Shown here: in pieces, positions 54,001 through 63,125 of the stretch
Layout: every line of letters begins with the position of its first letter
Position numbering within the stretch: the stretch's first letter is position 1
Source: Phoronis australis
Taxonomy: Eukaryota > Animalia > Phoronida
Assembly: GCA_002633005.1 (NCBI GenBank)
Contig: NMRA01000215.1
Span: 616,183-680,182 of the forward strand
Length of the DNA: 64,000 bases
Direction of reading: 5' to 3'
Made by a program: the position numbers and the translations under genes
Notes under the pieces: model-generated
Told to the model about the DNA's origin: nothing
Seen by the model: only the letters and a program-made list of their open reading frames with translations
The model's database searches: none

Positions 54001-57000
54001 TACAGTCCCTTTAAAAGGACATGCTCAGTAAGAAACGTAGTTTAAAGGAACGAAGCCCACTCGCTCCGCAATAGCCGCTTTGTTAAATCACACGCTTTAA
54101 ATAGCAAAGTATTTTACGCATACGTGATGAAAAAGATAGCTGCGAGAATTGGCAATTTGTATCTTTGGCCAAATGGTGAACGTTACAAACGTAGATTACA
54201 TACGTAAACATCGTTAACGGTGTAAATTAAGATTTAACGCCGTAAATTACCTTTTAACGATGTGTATTAATTGTTTATGGCGTAAATTAATTCTTTGCTG
54301 AATTGATTATTTTCATCGCTGCCAAATTAACTTTAAGGGCGTAAATTGCTTATTTGCAGACACTAATTAACTTTAAACCACGTAAATTGATTATTTAATC
54401 ACGTGCGTAATTGACGTACGTAAATAATGAATTTACTTGGGTAAATTACGCACGTGAATTATTATATAAAGAATTACTGTGTACTGTTAAAAATTAGTTT
54501 GAGCCGTAATTTAATTTTTGACCTCGTCCAATAATCTTCAAGATAACAAAAATGAAAGAACAAGGCTAAAAGAAGCGAAGATTTTAATCTAAATAATAAT
54601 TATATTTGTTACATTTTTAAACCCACGCTTCCCGTCGAAAAAGCTTTTTTTTATATTTTTTGATATTACGTTCTAAATCACACAGTACAAAACAGCGGTG
54701 CACAATGGGAGCTCACACTAGTTAGAATACTGACATGATCATTGACCATATTTGAGTTTGAGCAGGGTTGAGTTCCAAAAAACCAACACGACTGCGAGGC
54801 ACTTGCTGTAATTAATCGTGGAAAAAAGAATTCGTAATTCGATAATGGGGGGTAGAAAATCACTGCCCACGTAGATAAACATATTTTCGAGTTCTCCGTT
54901 TCACATCAAGTTTGAATTTCCAAATTATTCGTTAAAAACTGCACCGCGCAAATTTTAACGCAAAGCCAGCTGAATCGAATCTCTCTTTCAACACATCAGT
55001 TTTTTTCAAAATTAACAGAATTATAATAAAGAAATTTTAGGTTTGAATTAATTCTGGTGTTCCGACGAAATGCCCGACTAAGCTGAATGGAACAACGAAT
55101 TCGCTATCACTAGCGTCACTGCGATATGATTTCTTATCCCATATGGACCTGCACGTGTGAATACGCCGTGAAATACGCCATTGGATACGGGAAAGTAGAC
55201 CCATTCCGTATGCACTCGCTGAGACCGTACTTCATGGTTGGTATACAGTCTCCTGGTGGATTGAATTGGCGTGTACGATGCAGATATTATTGGCCTTGTT
55301 TATTTGGGCTACTTAAATCATTCTTTCAAGACGTGGTTCCTAAAATTGCAGTTTTACTGCTCTAAACTTAAAAATTTCCAGGAAAAATTTACCTTTGCCA
55401 ATTCCCAGGCACAATGATTGGGCCGTTGTTTTTAGGCATCGCCATTCTCTTAGAAATGTTAGAGTTCTAAGCAAATTTTGACTGTGTGATACCAAAATAG
55501 ATCAATTGCCCCAAGAAAATGGACTAAAACCTTCCTCAAATACAACGAAAGCGTTTTATCATCAATACATTCAGTATATTTACACAGAGATCTAGAAAAT
55601 CTGATTTGTGACCTACTAACATGATCGTGTGCGCGCAGCGTTACTAGACTTCGCCTTCTCGCATGGCGTCCCCACTAACCCATGTTTCGCGAATCAACAA
55701 CTTAACCAAGCAGTTTCCATCATTATTTTTGTTATTTTTCAGTACTTTGTTCCACGGACGAAATTTTTCTCACTTACACTGTATTCCATTCCAGCTGCAG
55801 AGAAACGAAAAATAGACCAAGAAAACTAAAAATTCATAGAAGCTTGACGGCACACCGTTCTTTTCATGTTTTCAATTTTATATTTCCGGATGGATTGTTT
55901 CTAATTTTCGGATGAACTTTTAATGTTTTTAAATGGCTGATTTCTGCCCTTACCGTTTGACAACCACCGCACTGGGTTTCAATGACTTCAGGGCTGTCCG
56001 ACTGGTAGGACTTGGCGTACTCAACTTAATTTTTTTGCAGATAGACAAACAGGCTCAGGCTCGGAACAGGAGCTAGTTCACCATTTCACCACCAACTTTC
56101 ACATGGTCAAAAATAGAATTATTTCATTCTTGGTCTTGCTACAACATCAATATCAGCTGGTACAGCACTCTCGATTGTCCGGTTACGCAATATTTGTTGA
56201 CAGGGTTAGATTAGAGCTAGCGTCCTTGAATAAGCTCCGCCCCAGTTGTCAGTCACTGAGCTGGTGAGCACTCAAGCCATATGAGTTACTGGGGCTTGGT
56301 AAAATATAGCTAAAAAACAACTTTGGATTTTCAGAATGATTTCATTTTTCTTCAGTATACTGTGCATCAAGAATTAAAGATTAGGATGACATAAAAATGT
56401 AAAAAAACAATTAAATTAATTTTTTGTGTATCCACCTACCTTAATTGTATCCTGTGGACTTTGCGATTTGGCAGTTTTATTGGTTCACGGACTACTTGTT
56501 TTTCTTATTTTCACATAAGCATTGATCAATATGTTCGATTTCAAAACATTTTGAAAAACCGAATATCCATGCCAACAGTTTGTGACGAGATTTCAAAGAG
56601 ATAACGCGTTCAGACTTGTTACAAGAAAAGTTCAAAACATGGATCACAACAACATGTTGCTGTCACAGTTCACGGAGGTATGTTGTATCCGTATTGTCTA
56701 TTCTGTTGCGATAATGTACATGTAATCTAGATGTACAAGGGAAACACTATAAGTATTATATTTTCATTTAATTTCCACATTTGAAAAACTCATTCAAGTT
56801 AACGTTCAACTGGGTGTAATTAAATAAGGAAGCAAAGGCCACGTTGAGTCCTTCCCAAATGTTATTTTTACAACTCCACAAGATATTTAACTGATCTGAA
56901 TACAAAACAATCTCTTTGAATATTTTATCATTAAGAATGACGGGTAGTTTCCGTCCATTTCCAGCAAATTTCTTCAAATACTCAAACATTACTAAAGACA

Positions 57001-58353
57001 CACTGACGGAAATTACAAACTCATCGGCGTTTCTCTAGCAATTAGAGACTCAGTAGTACCATCTATATAGAATCAATACTTGCTTAATTATGTACGCTTG
57101 CCGTCAACTTACATTTAGCGCGTTGTAAAACAATAATAATTATATCAATGAATTTTACAACAGCCACGGAATCCACTAGACTTTGTAGTTCCGTATCCAA
57201 CCAACCACCGTCGACCATGAGGCTCCTCAGTTTTCTGAGTATAATTCACAATCTTATGATTATTGCAGATCCTGGGTTGGGGTGGTGTCTGTAGCTACTG
57301 TTGTACGCTTATTTTTAGGTTTGTGGAAGCCAGCCATTCAGGAGTTACTCCACAACTTGAGGAATTTCGCTAGTTCACAACGCAATCTCAACATTTCATC
57401 AAAGTTGACGCTAGCCTACCACATCAAGTTATCTCAACCATGTGCAGGGGCCACGAGAATAAAATATTCCTTCAGCTACGTCTGTCGCTATTATAATATT
57501 AAGCGAGGAAAACAGAAAGCTGCCGGTTCAAAATCATTGATACATATCCAGATATCAATTTACATGAGTGTGGTTTTAAAAGCTAAATGTTAAACCCGCT
57601 TTTCGCCTTATTAGCTGACTAAAAACCGAATCTCGATTTAGGTCGTTTATTCTCTTAAAATTGATCTCATAATAGTCGTCTTCTTGATTGTTTTCCATTT
57701 CCGTTTATTACGACCTGTTCCCATTTCTTGGAAGATTCAAGTCAACTAGAACATATAGCAAAACCGATTCATCGCTGGGCTTTGTTGTGTGTTTTCCTGC
57801 CATAAACAACAAGACTAAAGAGCTCACAGATCAGTGCTGGATGTTAAACAAGAGGTTATTGGATAAGTAAATAATTAATTCATGGCGTAAACTAATCATT
57901 AACGTGGGTAAAATGCGCAGCCACAATTAATCTTAATCTACGCCGTTAAAAGTTAATTTGCGCCGCAAATAATCAATTAAATAAACAACTTACGCCGTTA
58001 AAAGTTAATTTACCCAGACAAATTTACTTATGCCCGTAACTTACGTGCGTAACGTCCACCCATTAAGCCAGTTTTGCGCTGAAGTAAAAAAAAACAGATT
58101 TTTTTCTTCAAGGCTCTGGTCAAAGATTTAATCCCATCCAACAACGAATTTAAAACGCGTTTTCTGCACGTAAAACCAGTAATATCCCTTTATAGGATTG
58201 GAAAATAAAGCAAAATCCTTGAATTACCTTCGCCAGTTCTCCTCTCACTGCGTTGTAAGTAGTTTGCGTTAGTGTGCAATCGGCCACTAAAAACAAGCTT
58301 GACGTACAAACTAGCACAGTGGTAAACTTTACGCTGACAAGCGATGGTGTCAT
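35787..58353 (-). CDS. secreted non-animal-type (ascorbate-peroxidase-like, peroxidase-catalase superfamily) heme peroxidase, 6 exons, 368 aa
   Basis: Exons (minus strand) 58353-58228, 49684-49573, 43658-43336, 38660-38518, 38355-38241 and 36074-35787 are all GT-AG with matching phases (0,1,0,2,0) and total 1107 nt. Motifs: VRLIFHDC-KGGCDGC (distal Arg/Phe/His), SANGG (distal Asn), SRADFWALAA, WGRKDC, MGAHGLGR (proximal His), SGFQGPW, LDNAFY, MLNVD (proximal Asp), EYVYDNELWLREF...GY. Confidence 0.9.
36552..38060 (+). mobile_element. Kolobok-like DNA transposon derivative with decayed THAP/transposase N-terminus (copy A)
   Basis: TTAA on both sides; termini AGGCGAAAGCAACC...GATTGCCTTCGCCT with about 160 bp TIRs. 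Frameshifted THAP from ATG 36819 (MPHCCCVPGC...LHRFPKDDTLRRTWL...RVCGKHF...LKKSAIP), then KFIVDLSKVLELF...CG...IQWKCVAGHWGKW. Lies in the last peroxidase intron. Confidence 0.8.
38241..38355 (-). CDS. peroxidase exon 5 (proximal Asp)
   Basis: tttcAG|c-YQWVKSSDLGKAAGVPTNMSVDDVMMLNVDISLIRDCK|GTaatc; phases fit both neighbouring exons. Confidence 0.85.
38518..38660 (-). CDS. peroxidase exon 4
   Basis: ttgcAG|ARIESSGFQGPWVKEPAWLDNAFYKDLLNSTLEWTQINLKTHPNDTD-ca|GTaagt. Confidence 0.9.
39700..40450 (-). mobile_element. decayed RNase H-bearing LINE fragment
   Basis: The minus strand reads SV(F)QAEIIAIHQAAELAK...IYTLSDNKGAI...SSTVR with frameshifts and stops, like the SVFQAExxAI...IxSDSxxA RNase H motif. 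Confidence 0.5.
41245..41615. repeat. tandem pair of the same repeat family as 20808-21170
   Basis: ACTTGGCGAAATTAAC + (GAT/GAC)n + AAATCAGTAAGAAA..GGCTACAGTCT twice. Confidence 0.75.
42035..42250 (+). mobile_element. tRNA-derived SINE remnant
   Basis: A-box TGGCGCAGTG and B-box-like GGCTTCGAAACC, followed by a non-tRNA body. Confidence 0.45.
43336..43658 (-). CDS. peroxidase exon 3 (to proximal His)
   Basis: ttttAG|(G)IDKTIFALEEIF...SRADFWALAAIEAV...WGRKDCETSP...MGAHGLGR|GTaagt. Confidence 0.92.
45545..46010. repeat. dispersed repeat, homologous to 59200-59700
   Basis: Shared atgaagactatcgtca..atacagc, gtgcatgca.aat.tggga, gacactcacctt..ccgttaca, ctccgcctttt.taac and cgccatttc blocks. Confidence 0.75.
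47000..47930 (-). mobile_element. CR1/L2-group LINE 3' fragment (RT C-terminal region, decayed)
   Basis: RLMIYNPLILLHLYFGITVWG...QKNKALK and DKIDTHSLQGFYMYLK resemble the IYNSLILPHLxYGIxxWG...QKKAIR and KIxTHSLxGFxxYxK motifs; multiple frameshifts. Confidence 0.7.
49573..49684 (-). CDS. peroxidase exon 2 (distal catalytic helix)
   Basis: tttcAG|FIQRNDTIYVPGIVRLIFHDCKGGCDGCVNIKQSANG-g|GTaagt. Too short to appear in the ORF track. A second in-frame AG 9 nt further in is also possible. Confidence 0.9.
52794..54010. mobile_element. non-autonomous TIR element (about 140 bp inverted arms), TTAA/AGGG-type end
   Basis: 52794-52925 is the imperfect reverse complement of 53872-54000; the right end is ACAGTCCCT|TTAA and the extreme left tip is missing. 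Confidence 0.6.
54165..54470 (+). repeat. degenerate about 21 bp tandem array (taacggcgtaaattaa-type)
   Basis: Repeated taacggtgtaaattaa / taacgccgtaaattac / ggcgtaaattaa; an inverted counterpart lies at 57870-58075. Confidence 0.65.
57870..58075 (-). repeat. inverted counterpart of the 54165-54470 array
   Basis: tacgccgttaaaagttaattt twice, ending cgtaacgtccacccattaagcc, approximately the reverse complement of ggccaaatggtgaacgttac at 54168. Confidence 0.6.
58228..58353 (-). CDS. peroxidase exon 1 (signal peptide)
   Basis: MTPSLVSVKFTTVLVCTSSLFLVADC-TLTQTTYNAVRGELAK then donor aag|GTaatt. The N-terminus is hydrophobic and splices in phase 0 to FIQRNDTIYVPGIVRLIFHDC. Confidence 0.75.
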
Positions 58354-59199
58354 GTTGGTTAATTGCTGAATTATCTTGTACTAACAAACACACAAGTGGA
58401 CCTGTCTTTTTATGTGTGTATCTATGCTAGTTACGGGGTAACGGCGCCAAAGGTCAGTCATTCTGGTATTCGGGTCACAGGTCATCCTCAGCAGGTGAAA
58501 AGCGTACAATATCGATATCCATTCGCTAAAATGTCCCCTTTCATCCAAATATTTTCTGTTACTGCAGACGCATGGTTAATCGTTGCTTTGTTAAAAGTTT
58601 GTGTATTTCATAATTTGTCCTTTATCAAAGCGCTTTCCTGTTCACTGGAAATTAAGCTTCGAGCACCTCGTCTCAGCGGACTTATTTTACATCGCGTTTG
58701 CACGCGAGTTTAAAGTCATTTCCGTGGTTATGCGGCGGGTGAGACGTTTCGTTCTCTGAATATTTTGTGTATCGGACCAGGGCATATACGATGTACATGT
58801 AAGTAAAATCCTAGTAATCGTGTTCATATTCCAGTAGTTTTTTGGTATTTTTGTACCTTATTACAGTTTTTGTAATTTACCTTTCTGTAATTATACGGTG
58901 CATGTAAATAATTTGTATAGTAAAACGTAAGTTTGTTTGCAATGTTCTCTTTATATAGACTTAGTCGTGGATTTTTCTTTGTTCTAGTTTACTGATATCG
59001 TGATGGGAGTTGCATCGGCGTAAAATCCTCTGTTTTTGAAACGTCTTTCCGTGCACCCACATTATCAAACCATGCATCACCTGTGTCGGACATATAAATG
59101 TTCACCTGTATATTATGTTTAAATTTGTTATCCATGCAACGTCATGCTCAATGAATTCTAAGTCCTGGGATGTTTCTCTGAGCAATTCTATTGTATAGC

Positions 59200-59700
59200 C
59201 AGCCAGCTAGCTGTATGAAGACTATCGTCATAATACAGCTAGGTACCACTGTGTGTTTTTCTTCCATAGACCCCGAAATTGCACACGGCCAGGGTAGTTC
59301 TGCTCCTTAACTCGCCGTGAAACCTGTGTCAACATGTAGAGTTAAAGACCGGACGGAGTGCATGCAAAATTTGGGAATCAAACGACACTCACCTTGTCCG
59401 TTACAGCCGTTTAAGTGAAAAACTATCTAATAAACGTCATTTTCTTGCGTAATCCTCCGCCTTTTCTAACAAGGAAAAGTTCTGTCGCCTTTTGAAAACA
59501 GTACGCTCGTGGCACGCGCACTCGCCATTTCCTAAATTTTTTGCGACATCTCTAGGGAAATGATGATAGCTTGGCAGCATCAAAATTTCCTATGAAATTC
59601 GGCTTTTCGGTATCAAAATTCTAAAAACTTATAATGAAGTAAAACCAGTTCCGATAATTTGTTGTGACGTGTACGCAACTTCGTGAAAGAACAACATTTG
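59200..59700. repeat. second copy of the 45545-46010 repeat, about 0.9 kb upstream of the peroxidase ATG
   Basis: Collinear homology with 45545-46010. Confidence 0.75.
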
Positions 59701-60567
59701 ATTGAAGAATAGACCTCAGGGCTTCGAAACAATAATCCTTCCATTATTTCTTGAGCCCAGGGTCTGCAATTCGACTGGTTACGGCCTGTATTTTTGAATA
59801 CCGAATATATTCACCAGATAGACACCTGTCAGTGCTTTACAAACCTAGAAATTACTTTTAATTTTTTACTCTAAGCTAGAGGCCAATTGTATAGCGGTCA
59901 AAGTTGTTTTTGTGATGGTTTGTGTGTTTGTCATATGGACGCTTTGACACCAAACCGGTTTACCTACCGGTCTGCGCCGAGAAATAAAAAAACATTGATG
60001 AGACGCAGAACGAGTGTGGAAACCTCGTCTGACGAATGACCTTGGTTTACCACATAGGTGACAATAACACCGCATAATTTCAACTCCTGATGGTTGAACT
60101 GGTTAATTTCCTTTGTGATTCAGGTCTGAGAGGCCGATAGAGCGTGGATCGTCTTATTTTACTTAGTGTAGAGGGGCGTTTTGTTTATGCGCGGATACTA
60201 TTGCCGAGTATACCTAGACATGTAACCCGTCCACAACGTTGTTAAACCGAGGAGCACAATTTAACCCAAATATAGCCAATTAAAATCGCAGTTGTGGTAG
60301 TTGCAACTCTCGGATTGAAGCAAAATACAGTGCCAGTTGCAAACCAAAACAGAAGAATTTATTTAATGAAAGAAGACGACAGTATATGCAAAAATGGCAA
60401 CATTTTCTACCCACATATCTTGCTCTCGACGACATCTTGCCGCTGCGTTATTACGTGAATGCCATTGCTTGATTTAGATGAACGGGACGCAGAATGATGA
60501 AGTTGACCAAGACCAAAGACGTTAACAAGACTGATCTCATTGGCCGCCGCCATTATTGTGTTGTTAA

Positions 60568-61878
60568 AGGCGAAGGCAACCTTTTTCCATGTCATTTTTA
60601 GCAAAAAATAAGGTTACTTGATTATCCCAAATATATTTTTCACTTATTTACTGCTTTTCGTAATTTAATTAATTACTCGTCGTCTACTCCGGAAGTGACG
60701 TTTTGGGAGGCAAGAATTTCACGCCAATTTCTTTTCATATACTCTGACTGTGAGAGCAGTCGAGTCAGTCATTGTTCTACCTCGGTTGTGATAAGTTCGG
60801 TCGTCGTTTGCTTTTGCTTACGAGTCAGTCAACATGCCACGCTGTTGCTGCGTACTGGGGTGTACTCATTATCGTCTCACGTACAGAGTGTCCCGCGACA
60901 CACTCCCACTGGAGAGTGATCTGAGCACCAAAACTGCTTACATCCCGCCGTATGACTCCCTCGCCACACACCTGGCACCTTCCAAATAGCTCCAATACAA
61001 GTCCACAATAAACTTATCAAACTTAGGCTCACCGATCTGTTTATGGATGACGAACTGTCCTCTTCACTGGGTGTCGAACTGAGCCTGTATTCACTCCCAC
61101 TACTCAACATCGCTGCAGGGCTGCTTACAGGCTCTGGGCTAGAGACAACAGCACAGTTCGAATCACTGCTAGTTCCCGGAATTGCACGCAATGGGGTACG
61201 TTTGGAGGCACGGGTGACAGTAGATGAAGTGCCTCCAGTCACTGTATATAGTGGCCACAGCTCGCGAGGCTTCTCGCTTCAAAAACGCACTTCTCGGGGT
61301 TGGCGACGGTGCACTGCCGGGAATCAACATCGACGGTATGGTACCCTTTTTCAGGCGTTGTTTCGAAGGGACCTTCATTAATTCAGCGTACATATCTGTC
61401 ATAACCTGACGGCAGAAAATGCTTCCCACACACTCGGTAACCCTCCATTGCTTTGTACATTGCGTGGACGGGTAGCGGTGCGTTCTTCACATGAACGAGC
61501 TAGCCAAGTACGGCGAAGTGTGTCATCCTTCAGAAAGCGACGCAAGGTACCCAAATCGCGCGTGTGAGACGATAATGAGTACATCCCGGCACGCAGCAAC
61601 AGCGTGGCATGTTGACTGACTTGTAAACAAAAGCAAACGACGACCGAACTTATCACAAACGAGGTAGAAAAATGACTGACTCGACAGCTCTCACAGTCAG
61701 ACTATAATGAAAAGAAATTGGCGAGAAACTCTTGCCTCCAAAAACGTCACTTCCGGTGTAGAGGACGATAAATTGATAAAATTACGAAGAAAGCTGTAAT
61801 TAAGTGAAAAATGTGTCTGGGATAATTAACGAATCTTATTTTTGCTAAAAGTGACATGAAAAAAGGTTGCCTTCGCCT
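60568..61878 (-). mobile_element. Kolobok-like THAP element (copy B), composed of two left ends
   Basis: TTAA|AGGCGAAGGCAACC...GGTTGCCTTCGCCT|TCAA. 60568-60880 is a left end on the plus strand; 60886-61878 is the reverse complement of copy A's left end through the THAP and transposase fragment. Confidence 0.8.
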
Positions 61879-62629
61879 TCAACCGTGGCGACACCAAGCG
61901 GGTGTGTGTGGGCCGACGAAGTACGCGAGGTGTTCAACTACCATGGCTGGTTTTAGTTTGTCAAAATTTAAAATTGTAAAGTGTCTTTGTTTAATATATT
62001 GAGAACAAAAATATAAGCAGCGTACTGGAAAATATACATAGGCAAAACAAAGAGTAAACCAAGAAAAAAATGAGCACCAAAGGTAATATAAATTACTAAG
62101 AAATGTACCACAAGCAAGAGGATGACTCAGTAATCAGAGGTGAGCAGGTGAAAAACGGCGATTGCTGGGTAGGTAAGTATAGAACCTGTAGAACTTCGTT
62201 CAGGGGAGTCAAGGGAGTAATAAACTTAAGACAGATCTGCTGAAGAAGATGGAGGAGCAAAAACGGGGGGGGGACGTGTTGATGCTTATATAAAACTGAA
62301 ACAAAGATGCAATAAACTAATTGACCGGGCACCTTCATACCTTGAATAATACGTTTACAATTAGTCACGCATTTCTAGAGATATGCGGGAATTTTCACCG
62401 CTCGTCTTTCTGAGTGGCTTGTACCAGTATCAAAGAGAGCGTGGCGCCGGAATCAGGTACAATTGTGATGACCGCATTGCCCAATGCGAGCAAGACCCCA
62501 TTAAATGTAATTATCTGACCATAAACTGTATTAAACATCTCTGACTGTACATAATGGCAAATTTTCCAAATGCATTAACCACTAATTTTCGTAATAAACT
62601 AACACCATGGCGGTATTCCATTACGGCGT

Positions 62630-63125
62630 TTCCCGTTGCTCCCAACTTGTTCGATTCTATAGCCCAACAACAAGTTGGAAGGTTTACCCCTGTAGCCAAT
62701 ATCTTACTGGACTGGCGTTCATGTTTGGAGGACCAGCTCTCTTTTGTTCGATAATTGCTCTAATCTTCAATAAGATCGTATCTAGCCTGACTGGGCTGTG
62801 CTGTTAAAAATAAAAGTTAAGTTATAACATATTTGAACATAAATCAATAGCATTTCTGAAATCCTCGTCAAATGGTGATCATGTTTAGTTTTTGAATCGC
62901 CAAAATCACCCAACTGCAACCGAAGTTACGATAATCTTCTTTCCGATACTCTGGGTTTGACTGTGTTCGCACGTGGTCTGTAATAAGCCTGGTAGCCTGC
63001 TTGTTGTCATAACAGACAAAAGACTGTGCTTGGCAGTTAACAAAGAAGCTAGATGTTATCACACGCTCACAACCCCTTCATCTGGTAAAGTCACTGTACG
63101 GGAAAACGCTGTCATGCAGCTGGAA
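62630..63125. repeat. second copy of the 32690-33640 repeat
   Basis: Same shared blocks in the same order and orientation. Confidence 0.7.

Noticed and set aside
35787-58353. Peroxidase as algal or fungal contamination
   Set aside because: Its multi-kb introns contain the same repeat families found in and around the animal NK4 gene on this contig.
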